Shown here: positions 1 through 6,846 of the stretch, one piece after another
Layout of the letters: every line of letters starts with the position of its first letter
Numbering within the stretch: the first letter of the stretch is position 1
Virus record (IMG/VR): IMGVR_UViG_3300005437_000001
Length of the DNA stretch: 20,000 bases
Reading direction: 5' to 3' (one strand)
From: an uncultured virus (IMG/VR IMGVR_UViG_3300005437_000001)
Lineage: Duplodnaviria > Heunggongvirae > Uroviricota > Caudoviricetes
Notes under the pieces: model-generated
The model's input: only the letters and a program-made list of their open reading frames with translations
Told to the model about the DNA's origin: nothing
Database searches by the model: none
Position numbers and translations under genes: made by a program

Positions 1-7
1 CGCGTGG

Positions 8-520
8 ATGCTGGAGCAGCTGGCCCTGCTGGAGCGATTCGACGGCGACCGCCGCCCGCTGGTGTTCGAGCCGGTGGCTACCGACACGCTGACCCAGGTG
101 TCCGAGGTCGGCGGGACGCTGCGGTCCCTGCTGCCGGTGCGCGGGTACCCGGACGACGCCGGGCTGGACCTGATCGTGAGCACCGACACCGAGGTACCGG
201 CGGGCGCGTTCGTCGACGTGCCCAGCGGAGTCAAGGTGGACCTGCCGCACGGGACGTGGGCGATGATCACCGGTCGCTCGTCGTCGCTGCGGCGCCGGAA
301 CCTGCTGGTCAGCACCGGAGTCATCGACGCCGGGTGGACCGGCGAGCTGTTCGCCGGGGTCAAGAACCTAGGCGATACGGACACCGTGCTGGCGGCGGGC
401 GACCGGATCGCCCAGCTGATCCTGCTGCCCGCGCCGGTCGTGGACTACGTGCCGCGCTGGGGGCAGGTCCGCACCGACAAGTCGCGCGGCGTCAACGGAT
501 TCGGGTCGAGCGGTGCCTGA
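8..520 (+). CDS. dut: dUTPase (trimeric type); frame is open to the window edge so it may extend 5'
   Basis: Motifs AGLDL, GRSS, GVIDAGWTGE, RIAQLI and C-terminal RGVNGFGSSG. Confidence 0.93.
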   Translation: MLEQLALLERFDGDRRPLVFEPVATDTLTQVSEVGGTLRSLLPVRGYPDDAGLDLIVSTDTEVPAGAFVDVPSGVKVDLPHGTWAMITGRSSSLRRRNLLVSTGVIDAGWTGELFAGVKNLGDTDTVLAAGDRIAQLILLPAPVVDYVPRWGQVRTDKSRGVNGFGSSGA

Positions 521-725
521 CCAGACTCCGCCTGCGGGCCCCGGACCTCAGGGTCCGGGGCCCGACCCGTCGCGTCGGCCACGGCGCGACGAGCTGTGGC
601 GGCGCGACCGGGTGATGAGCGTGATAAGATGTCGGGCATGTGCGGCCAAGGGCCGCACCACCGCGATGTGGGACGTAGTCGACGTACACATATTACTGTG
701 TCTGATCTGCGACCGTGTGGTCTGA
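513..725 (+). CDS. small hypothetical protein with CxxC...CxxC (possible Zn ribbon); start uncertain (513 or 615)
   Basis: Overlaps the dut stop; CRAC...CLIC. Confidence 0.45.
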   Translation: MPDQTPPAGPGPQGPGPDPSRRPRRDELWRRDRVMSVIRCRACAAKGRTTAMWDVVDVHILLCLICDRVV

Positions 726-738
726 AAAACATCGGCCT

Positions 739-804
739 TTGACAGCTTGACAAGAGTAGTCTACGGGTGGTTTAATTTTCTTAGTGGGGCCGACAGGCGG
801 CCCC
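739..804 (+). promoter_or_regulatory. class I promoter cassette
   Basis: TTGAC-agctt-GACAA 739-753; TTGACA 747-752, 18 nt spacer, tgg-TTTAAT 771-776; hairpin ggggccg/cggcccc 786-804; GAGGAG before ATG 829. Confidence 0.8.
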
Positions 805-828
805 GAGAGAAACCCGAGGAGACCCGAG

Positions 829-1371
829 ATGGCCGCCAAGACGATCACCGCCCAGACCCCTGAGGCCCAGGCCGAGAAGCCCTGCCTGTGCGGCGCGTAC
901 GAGCTGGAGATCGGTAGCGACGCCGAGACGATGGAGTACGCCGACACCGGCTGCCGGTCGCACACCACCCGCGACTTCGCCCCCGGCCACGACGCGAAGC
1001 TGAAGGCCCTGCTGATCCGGGCGGGCGTCGAGGACCGCAGCGTGCGGGTCAACACGGGCGGAGTGGTCCGCGTGACCACGGCCGAGGACGCCGCCGCCGC
1101 GTTCCCGTTCGCCTACATGGTGACCAACGGCATCAAGAACGGCAGGGAGAAGGCGGCGGCCCGCGCCGCGCGCAAGGCCGAGCGGGACGCCCGCAAGGCC
1201 GACGCCCCGGCCAAGACCCCCCGCCCCCGCAAGGCCAAGGTGACCGAGGCCACCATCAAGATCGGGCGCTGGGTGTACGCGGCCAAGATCGACGCCAGTG
1301 GCAACGCGACCTATGAGACCTCCGGCGGCGAGGTGCGCACCTCTCCGGCGGACAAGTACAAGATCGTGTGA
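829..1371 (+). CDS. hypothetical phage protein with Cys/His motif (CLCG...GC...FAPGHDAKL) and Lys/Ala-rich linker, possibly nucleic-acid binding
   Basis: Strong GC3 codon bias, RBS and upstream promoter. Confidence 0.85.
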   Translation: MAAKTITAQTPEAQAEKPCLCGAYELEIGSDAETMEYADTGCRSHTTRDFAPGHDAKLKALLIRAGVEDRSVRVNTGGVVRVTTAEDAAAAFPFAYMVTNGIKNGREKAAARAARKAERDARKADAPAKTPRPRKAKVTEATIKIGRWVYAAKIDASGNATYETSGGEVRTSPADKYKIV

Positions 1372-1467
1372 ACCGGTCGGACCGGCCGGGTCGGACCGGG
1401 CCCCGAACAGGGGGTCCGGCACCGGCCCAGTCGGGCCGTCCGGCCCGGCGTATGAGAGGAGACGTCA

Positions 1468-1701
1468 ATGGCTTCCGGATCTCGGTTGGCAAGGTTCCTG
1501 CGCAGGGTGGACGCCGCGCTGTCGGGGGACGCGACCCCGGCCAACCGCAACGGGCGCGGGTTCCAGGGGTTCAAGCCGCTGGAGGACGACGGCGGGATGT
1601 GGGCGCGCTGCAGCGTGTGCGGAGATCTGGACCGGGTGCGGACCGAGTCGGCCAAGCACTCCCTGGAGAAGGGACACTGGGACCGTGAACACGCGGGTTA
1701 G
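1468..1701 (+). CDS. small hypothetical protein (CSVC...H)
   Basis: GAGGAG RBS upstream, GC3 bias. Confidence 0.7.
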   Translation: MASGSRLARFLRRVDAALSGDATPANRNGRGFQGFKPLEDDGGMWARCSVCGDLDRVRTESAKHSLEKGHWDREHAG

Positions 1702-1723
1702 ACCGGCATCAACCCCTGAAGGC

Positions 1724-1752
1724 TTGACCGCCTGGCAAGAGGGGGGTGTACT
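1724..1752 (+). promoter_or_regulatory. class I promoter/operator
   Basis: TTGAC-cgcct-GGCAA 1724-1738; TTGACC-N17-TGTACT 1747-1752; GGAGGAGG before ATG 1773. Confidence 0.65.
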
Positions 1753-1772
1753 GGCGGAGGAGGTGGTCGCAC

Positions 1773-2123
1773 ATGGTGGTGCGCCGAGGGTACCTGGTGG
1801 CCAGCACCGTCCGGCAGCTGGTGGGGTACGTGCTAAAGGTCGACTACGACATGGTGCAGGTTCAGCCGATGTCGGTGTCGGGCCGGTGGGAGCCGGAGGA
1901 CGTCCTGCTGTCCGACCTGGTGGTGGTCGGCCCGGTGTTCGCGCCGGGGGAGCTGGTCTGTCCGGCGGAGGACAGGAACGAGGAGCGGCCCCGCTGGGGA
2001 CGGGTGCTGGCGCCGGGAGACAGCTGCCTGGTGCTGTGGTCGGACGACTCGCACACGGTCAGCGTCGAGGCCGTCCGGCTACGTTCTCTGACTATCTGGC
2101 AATCGGTCGCGCTGGGCGTCTAG
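1773..2123 (+). CDS. hypothetical protein, possibly two small beta-barrel (SH3-like) repeats
   Basis: RBS GGAGGAGG; repeated G.LV...G.VL...V pattern. Confidence 0.7.
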   Translation: MVVRRGYLVASTVRQLVGYVLKVDYDMVQVQPMSVSGRWEPEDVLLSDLVVVGPVFAPGELVCPAEDRNEERPRWGRVLAPGDSCLVLWSDDSHTVSVEAVRLRSLTIWQSVALGV

Positions 2124-2131
2124 GTATCTGG

Positions 2132-2344
2132 ATGCTGGTTCCGATCGCGCTGGCGGGCGGGTTCTCGTGCAGCTCCATCCTCAGCCTGCACTACCCGCCC
2201 GGCCCGGTGCTGTCCCAGAACGCGGCCCTGTTCTGCGCGCTGTCGGTGCTGGCGGTCGGCCAGTGGTGGGCCGCCGAGCTGCGCCGCCGGTACTGGGCGC
2301 ACCGGGTTCCGTCCAGCCAGGCGGTCCGGCGGCGGTCTCGGTGA
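2132..2344 (+). CDS. small membrane protein
   Basis: Two hydrophobic segments and basic tail; GTGA overlap with the next ORF. Confidence 0.55.
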   Translation: MLVPIALAGGFSCSSILSLHYPPGPVLSQNAALFCALSVLAVGQWWAAELRRRYWAHRVPSSQAVRRRSR

Positions 2345-2505
2345 ACTGGGTGCATGGGGCGCTGTTCGCCGCTGCCGTCGGGGCAGCCGCCGATCAGGCG
2401 GGAGTGTGGGCATTCTACGCGTGGCGGGGGTGGCTGCTGTTCCGCAAGGTGTACCGGTTCAACAGGGAGCAGGTCCGGGCCGACCGGGCGCGCCGAGGGG
2501 GTTGA
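2341..2505 (+). CDS. small membrane protein
   Basis: GTG coupled to the upstream stop; hydrophobic N-half and Arg-rich tail. Confidence 0.55.
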   Translation: MNWVHGALFAAAVGAAADQAGVWAFYAWRGWLLFRKVYRFNREQVRADRARRGG

Positions 2506-2570
2506 CAGACGGTCAAGGTCCTGGTTTAATTTTAAGTGTGGGGCCGACGGGCGGCCCCCGCGAGAGGAGG
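2502..2570 (+). promoter_or_regulatory. class I promoter cassette
   Basis: TTGAC-agacg-GTCAA 2502-2516; TTGACA-N17-TTTAAT 2525-2530; hairpin ggggccg/cggcccc 2540-2558; GAGGAGG 2564-2570. Confidence 0.85.
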
Positions 2571-2575
2571 CCGAC

Positions 2576-2932
2576 ATGGGCGAGAACGAGCTGAGTCGGG
2601 ACCAGGTCGAGTGGGCGTGCGGGACGTACTTCACCAACCTGACCATGACCAGGGCGCGCGTGGCCGACGAGCTGGCGCGCGGGCAGATGGTCAGCTCGCA
2701 TAACCTGGGCTCGCTGCTCAAGGCCCAGGCCGATTGGAAGCTGTACGGCAAGCTGCAGTCCGATGAGGCCTACCGGTACGATCTGGTGGGTGCCCTGCGC
2801 GAGACGGTGAAGGAGGCCAGCCGGATCCTGCGGAATACCGGCCGCCACACCGACGCGGTGGACCGGGCGCAGGCCGAGTTCGAGCGCCACGCGGCGGCAG
2901 CGTTCCTGAACACGTGGGAGCAGTACCTGTAG
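2576..2932 (+). CDS. hypothetical helical protein (MGENELSRDQ...)
   Basis: Own promoter, RBS and terminator; GC3 bias. Confidence 0.85.
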   Translation: MGENELSRDQVEWACGTYFTNLTMTRARVADELARGQMVSSHNLGSLLKAQADWKLYGKLQSDEAYRYDLVGALRETVKEASRILRNTGRHTDAVDRAQAEFERHAAAAFLNTWEQYL

Positions 2933-2941
2933 AGCATAGAC

Positions 2942-2983
2942 GGCGGCGCCCCGGACCCGTGGTGGGAGGTCTGGGGCGCCGCC
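2942..2983. terminator. probable bidirectional terminator hairpin
   Basis: 16-bp stem (one G-U) ggcggcgccccggacc/ggtctggggcgccgcc between convergent genes. Confidence 0.75.
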
Positions 2984-3011
2984 TTGCCGGTCTCTGGGCG
3001 GTACCAGTGTA

Positions 3012-3194
3012 TCAGTCGGAGACGACCAGCGTGAGCTTGCCCTTGGTGATCTTGCGGATGTCGGCCACCTGCAGGCCGTTCTGCGAGAACGCGGCCTCCA
3101 GGGCGGTCTGCATGCCCTCGGCGGTGTAGGGCTCGCCGTACAGGGCGGTGTCCTTCTCGTCGTCGGTCTCCACGACGATGGCGAATCTGGCCAC
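3012..3194 (-). CDS. 60-aa hypothetical protein (VARFAIVVET...)
   Basis: AGGAGG RBS before GTG; strong codon bias; upstream promoter. Confidence 0.8.
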   Translation of the reverse strand: MARFAIVVETDDEKDTALYGEPYTAEGMQTALEAAFSQNGLQVADIRKITKGKLTLVVSD

Positions 3195-3236
3195 GGTGTC
3201 CTCCTGGTGTGGTAGTGAGTGCCGCTGCACAGGACC

Positions 3237-3265
3237 ACGGTACACTACCCTTGTCAGTCTGGCAA
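3237..3265 (-). promoter_or_regulatory. class I-like promoter/operator variant
   Basis: Minus strand TTGCC-agact-GACAA; TTGCCA-N17-TACCGT. Confidence 0.6.
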
Positions 3266-3502
3266 GTCTCCCGGGCCGTCCGCGCACGGCTGCACGATGG
3301 TCCGGCCGCGCGGGGGCGGCGGTACGTCGGCGTCCTCGCGGGCGGCACAGCGCAGGGCGGCACGCGCGGACCGCCAGGTCGCCGCCGCCGCGTGGGCCAT
3401 CACGTCCGGATCCAGGGTGGACTCCCCCCTGACGTCCAGCTGGTCGGCGACGACCTCGACGCGGGGGCCGGAGTCGGACTCGTAGATCTTGACGGCGATC
3501 AA
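3254..3502 (-). CDS. hypothetical protein; start uncertain
   Basis: GAGG before TTG 3502; protein-like composition (IAVKIYESDSGPRVEVV...). Confidence 0.5.
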   Translation of the reverse strand: MIAVKIYESDSGPRVEVVADQLDVRGESTLDPDVMAHAAAATWRSARAALRCAAREDADVPPPPRGRTIVQPCADGPGDLPD

Positions 3503-3622
3503 GAGACCTCGATTCAGTGGTCGATATGGCATGGGAGGGGTGGCGCAGGACGGGCGCCACCCCACCACACTCCTTGCGCGGTCGTCCAGTGCTACCCACC
3601 GTGCGGCTGGTACCATGGGAGC

Positions 3623-4072
3623 ATGGCAGCCAAGCCGACATCAGCCAAGCTGTACCAGACGCCGCAGGACTCCGGGCAGTCGCAGAGCGGCCCGGTGTAC
3701 GGCGCGGTACCCGCGCCGCAACCCTCTCAAGCCATGACCTTCGACCAGAGGTACCACCCGCACGCGGCGGCCGAGATGAACAGCGACATGCCGCTGCCAC
3801 CGACCGACCCCGACCCGCGCGTGCCGCCGGTAGGCGCCCGCGTGGTGCACCGCACGTCGGGTCAGGAGGGCGTGGTGACCGGGCACCGGCCGCACGGGTA
3901 CTCCGGCACGGCCGTGCCCCAGGTCGTGTGGGCGGGCGAGGATATGTCGTGGCCGCAAGGTGTGAGCGCCAACGCGTTGAGGGTGCAAGGGTCCGAGCCC
4001 TCCGATCTGTACACCGGGACCCAGTCGGCGGCGTCGATCCGGCCGCGCAACCGGAACACTGGAGCGCTGTGA
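3623..4072 (+). CDS. SH3-like paralog A (MAAKPTSAK...), probably leaderless
   Basis: TACCAT-N6-ATG; domain PPVGARVVHRTSGQEGVV...W.G...QG shared with 4072 and 6847. Confidence 0.75.
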   Translation: MAAKPTSAKLYQTPQDSGQSQSGPVYGAVPAPQPSQAMTFDQRYHPHAAAEMNSDMPLPPTDPDPRVPPVGARVVHRTSGQEGVVTGHRPHGYSGTAVPQVVWAGEDMSWPQGVSANALRVQGSEPSDLYTGTQSAASIRPRNRNTGAL

Positions 4073-4344
4073 TGTCGAATCCCGCATACTCCCCGGACGG
4101 CGGCGCCAGCGTGCCCAGGTCCAGCCGGGACAGCGAGCGGCAGACGCCCCGGGGGGTGGGCGGTACCGCGCTGCCCGCCATCGGGTCCCGCGTGCGGCAC
4201 CGCCTGAGCGGACAGACCGGCCAGCTGGTGGACTACCAGCGCGACCCGTTCCTGAAGGACGTGGCGCACGGTATCGTCAACTGGACCGGCGACGGCGACG
4301 GGTTCGGCCAGGGCTACGCCGACACCAACCTGATCAAGTTCTGA
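4072..4344 (+). CDS. SH3-like paralog B
   Basis: TGATG coupling; LPAIGSRVRHRLSGQTGQLV...W.G...QGY. Confidence 0.75.
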   Translation: MSNPAYSPDGGASVPRSSRDSERQTPRGVGGTALPAIGSRVRHRLSGQTGQLVDYQRDPFLKDVAHGIVNWTGDGDGFGQGYADTNLIKF

Positions 4345-4444
4345 GGGTTGGTTTCACGGGAAACGCGGTTGCGCTGCCGGGAAGCGGCGCGCTAGAGTGG
4401 TGGCAGATGGGGAAGGACCGGGCGCTGTGGCAGGCGCTCAGGCC

Positions 4445-4478
4445 GCGACCCCCGCACCTGGCACGGTGCGGGGGTCGC
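4445..4478. terminator. probable terminator hairpin
   Basis: Perfect 14-bp stem gcgacccccgcacc/ggtgcgggggtcgc just after the stop of the minus-strand operon. Confidence 0.8.
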
Positions 4479-4490
4479 AGTGTATCCGGG

Positions 4491-4781
4491 TCAGAGCAGG
4501 TCGTACAGCTTGTCGGACAGGCCGGTCAGCTCGCGGCTGGCGCCGAAATCGCGGTCTGTCGACGCGCGCCCGATCGCAGCCAGCAGCAACCGGATATCGG
4601 TGTTGGTCAGGTCGATGGACATGGTGGCGTCCGGGTGGGCGACTGCCAGCAGGCTGCTGATGATCTCGCCCCGGTTGCGGCGCCACCACTCGTCAAAGTC
4701 GGGGCAGTTGTCCATCTGCTCGTCCCGGTGGTCCCCTCCGGCGTCGAACGCTCGCTCCATGATGTCGCGCAGGGTGCTCAT
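4491..4781 (-). CDS. hypothetical protein (MSTLRDIMERAF...)
   Basis: AAGGAG RBS; ATGA overlap with the upstream gene. Confidence 0.75.
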   Translation of the reverse strand: MSTLRDIMERAFDAGGDHRDEQMDNCPDFDEWWRRNRGEIISSLLAVAHPDATMSIDLTNTDIRLLLAAIGRASTDRDFGASRELTGLSDKLYDLL

Positions 4782-5074
4782 GCCGATTGCTCCTTGATCC
4801 ACTGGTTGACGGTGTCGTAAGAGAACAGGACGCCCGCACGGCGCTCACCCTCGGGGTGGGCGTCCCACCACGCGGTCAGCCGCTCGTTGTGCAGGTCCAT
4901 GACCACCCGGAACACCCGGTCCAGGGCGCCGTCCAGGGTGCGGGCCCGGCCGATCGCGGCGGAGATCTGCGCGTCGGTCAGGTCGGCCAGGCTGGCGCAA
5001 CCGATGCTCCAGCGTCCGAGGTTCTCGGCGACGTGGTCCTTGACCTGCTGGGTGAGTTCCTGCTGCCGGGTCAT
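4778..5074 (-). CDS. hypothetical protein (MTRQQELTQQV...), related to the C-terminus of 19419-19958
   Basis: GAGGGAG RBS; shared IG.A.T..GA...V motif. Confidence 0.75.
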   Translation of the reverse strand: MTRQQELTQQVKDHVAENLGRWSIGCASLADLTDAQISAAIGRARTLDGALDRVFRVVMDLHNERLTAWWDAHPEGERRAGVLFSYDTVNQWIKEQSA

Positions 5075-5103
5075 CGTCGTCTCCCTCAGTCCGTGAGTCG
5101 GGC

Positions 5104-5340
5104 TCACCAGCGGGCCCACAGCACCTTCAGGGTCTTGACGCTGGCGCGGTGGTCCTTGGGGTCCACCTCGGCCGTGTTCAGCGACCCGCTGTAGAGGTTG
5201 GTCAGCTGCAGCCGGGCCTCGACCATGGCGTCCTGGATCGTCTCGTAGCCGCCAGTCGTCCGGCAGCCCGCGAACACCCAGCGCCCGCCCGGGTTGTTGA
5301 AGCTGACCTCGGTGCCCTCGATCGTCCTGGTCTCGGCCAT
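5104..5340 (-). CDS. hypothetical protein (MAETRTIEGT...)
   Basis: First gene after a class I promoter; codon bias. Confidence 0.8.
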   Translation of the reverse strand: MAETRTIEGTEVSFNNPGGRWVFAGCRTTGGYETIQDAMVEARLQLTNLYSGSLNTAEVDPKDHRASVKTLKVLWARW

Positions 5341-5359
5341 CGCCCTGTCCCTTCGTCCG

Positions 5360-5413
5360 GCGGCCGGTCGGCCGCTCTATTACTAGTAAACCACCCCCTT
5401 GACCGTCTGTCAA
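5360..5413 (-). promoter_or_regulatory. class I promoter cassette
   Basis: Minus strand TTGAC-agacg-GTCAA (5413-5399); TTGACA-N17-TTTACT; hairpin gcggcc/ggccgc. Confidence 0.85.
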
Positions 5414-5441
5414 GTTCAAGGTTGACGTTGGTCAGGACCAC

Positions 5442-5471
5442 TTGCGCCCCTGCGAAGCGGCGGGGTACGGT
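5442..5471 (+). promoter_or_regulatory. putative promoter of the RNA cassette
   Basis: TTGCGC-N18-TACGGT; six nt later the first hairpin begins at 5478. Confidence 0.55.
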
Positions 5472-5477
5472 GGGTGT

Positions 5478-5577
5478 GTGCCCGGTCCGGCGGCCTCCCC
5501 GATCCGCCGGGGGCACGGCCCGCCAGCAGGCGGCCGGACGGCGCCACCCCCCCGCCCCGTCCGGCCGCCGGTCTGGC
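5478..5577 (+). ncRNA. 6C-like RNA (two adjacent GC-rich hairpins with C-rich loops)
   Basis: Hairpin 1 5478-5516 with loop CCTCCCCGAT; hairpin 2 with 13-bp stem 5529-5541/5557-5569 and loop containing C7 (5547-5553); no credible ORF. Confidence 0.6.
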
Positions 5578-5579
5578 AG

Positions 5580-5663
5580 GGGAGCTGTGGCGCAGCGGCC
5601 AGCGCGTCGAGCCAACAAGCGGTAAAGGCTCGAAGGTCCCGGGTTCGAACCCCGGCGCTCCCA
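5580..5663 (+). tRNA. tRNA-like element with non-canonical anticodon arm; isotype not assignable
   Basis: Acceptor GGGAGC/GCTCCC with an extra T; D arm GCGC-AGCGGCCA-GCGC; T arm CCGGG-TTCGAAC-CCCGG; anticodon arm is a 7-bp stem plus 13-nt loop; no encoded CCA. Confidence 0.8.
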
Positions 5664-5760
5664 CCGTTCGACAGCAGGAGGCAGCAGCCTGGACGCGTAA
5701 CCGTGGTCGCACACACGGCGATAGTCTGGCCGGGCACCACACCGGTCTGCGAACGAGTAC

Positions 5761-5795
5761 CCGGCCCGGTGCTGCCGAGAGGCGCACCGGGCCGG
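5761..5795 (+). terminator. strong hairpin (terminator or structured RNA end)
   Basis: 12-bp stem ccggcccggtgc/gcaccgggccgg capped by gcc-GAGA-ggc. Confidence 0.55.
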
Positions 5796-5820
5796 TGTCA
5801 TCCGCGCTGGGAGGTGCGCC

Positions 5821-6222
5821 GTGAGACCGAATGTCCGACCGTGGCCGGTGATGGTCGTGTGGCTGATGCTGCTGGGCAGCTGGTGGGTCGTGCGGGTCCT
5901 GTGCTGGGAGCTGCCCCGGCTGGCGTGGGACCTCGTATCCGCCCGGTGGGATTGTCAGGCGGTCAAGCCGCGTGATGGAGTTCCGGCATGGACGAGATCA
6001 TACCCGGAGACGAGAGAGAGTGGGTCGCCGCCGCACAGGCGGGGGACCCTGACGCGTTCGGCCGGATCTACAGCGCCACTGTCGGGCGGGTGCGCGGGTA
6101 CGTGCGGGTGCGGTGTCGGACCCCGGCCGACGCCGAGGACACGGTACAGGACGTTTACCTCAAGGCGTGGCGCAGTATCGGTTCGTATTCGCATGAGCGG
6201 CCGATCGTCGCGTGGCTGGTGA
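5821..6222 (+). CDS. possible membrane protein; 3' part overlaps the sigma gene
   Basis: GGAGGT RBS before GTG; hydrophobic Trp-rich N-terminus. Confidence 0.4.
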   Translation: MRPNVRPWPVMVVWLMLLGSWWVVRVLCWELPRLAWDLVSARWDCQAVKPRDGVPAWTRSYPETRESGSPPHRRGTLTRSAGSTAPLSGGCAGTCGCGVGPRPTPRTRYRTFTSRRGAVSVRIRMSGRSSRGW

Positions 6223-6560
6223 CGATAGCACACAACCGCCTGGCCGACCAGGCCCGGGTGGGCGCGCGCCGCCGGGCGATCGCGGACGTGGCGGTGGGGC
6301 TGGAGGGGGTCGAAGTCGAGCTGGTGTCGGACCGGTGTCCGGGGCCGGAGGATAGGATGCTGATGCGCGAGGAGGCGTCGGCCGCCGTGTCGCTGCTGCG
6401 GGGGATACCGCTGCGGCGGGCGGCCGTAGTGGCGATGACGGCCGACGGATGGTCGACCGAGGAGATAGCGCAGGCGGTGGGGTGCAGCGAGAGCGGAGTC
6501 AGGGGTCTGAGATTCAGGGCGGTCGAGGCGGTGCGCGCCCGTGTCCAGACGGTGGTGTGA
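5988..6560 (+). CDS. ECF (sigma-70 group 4) sigma factor, BldN/AdsA-like
   Basis: Region 2 AQAGDPDAFGRIY...DAEDTVQDVYLKAW...AWLVTIAHNRLAD; region 4 HTH GWSTEEIAQAVGCSESGVRGLRFRAV. Confidence 0.92.
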   Translation: MDEIIPGDEREWVAAAQAGDPDAFGRIYSATVGRVRGYVRVRCRTPADAEDTVQDVYLKAWRSIGSYSHERPIVAWLVTIAHNRLADQARVGARRRAIADVAVGLEGVEVELVSDRCPGPEDRMLMREEASAAVSLLRGIPLRRAAVVAMTADGWSTEEIAQAVGCSESGVRGLRFRAVEAVRARVQTVV

Positions 6561-6789
6561 GCAGACCGGCAAGTACAAGTACCCGACCGAGCTGGAGGCC
6601 CAGCTGGCGCTGCTGGACATACACTTCAGGCTGCGCAACGAGGATCAGAAGATCGAGCGGGTGACCTGTGCGACGCATCCGTGCGATCACTGCGGCCTGT
6701 GGCATCTGACCGGCAATAAGCCGGACGGCAAGTACCGGAGGGGATTGGGCGATGCCATCCGCCCGGACTGGCGTCCGGGCGGGGGGTAA
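6541..6789 (+). CDS. small Cys/His (probable Zn-binding) phage protein
   Basis: C..TGK.KY.T..EA...CDHCGLWHLT pattern. Confidence 0.75.
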   Translation: MSRRWCEQTGKYKYPTELEAQLALLDIHFRLRNEDQKIERVTCATHPCDHCGLWHLTGNKPDGKYRRGLGDAIRPDWRPGGG

Positions 6790-6846
6790 ACTGGGGACAT
6801 GATCACTACCGATTGCACCCCGCGCCTCACAGCGGAGCTGTGAGGC

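Noticed and set aside
625..742. Leaderless ORF after TAAGAT (ATG 638)
   Set aside because: Spacing is 7 nt, codon usage is poor and it overlaps a more plausible Cys-motif ORF
1372..1449. GC-rich intergenic structure with GGTCGGACCGG repeated twice
   Set aside because: Probably a terminator or stabiliser; too short and GC-rich to argue for a distinct ncRNA
2502..2532. MerR-type 19-bp-spacer reading of class I promoters (TAATTT as -10)
   Set aside because: Fits only two copies; the others lack the final T in that register
4393..4820. Plus-strand ORFs starting at 4397 or 4407
   Set aside because: They run through a strong hairpin and antisense to a coupled minus-strand operon
5422..5435. TTGAC-gttg-GTCAG as another operator copy
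   Set aside because: Spacer is 4 rather than 5 nt and no matching -10 box follows
5580..5800. tmRNA or a normal decoding tRNA
   Set aside because: It has a full D stem and closes within 84 nt with no tag ORF; there is no 7-nt anticodon loop to assign an isotype
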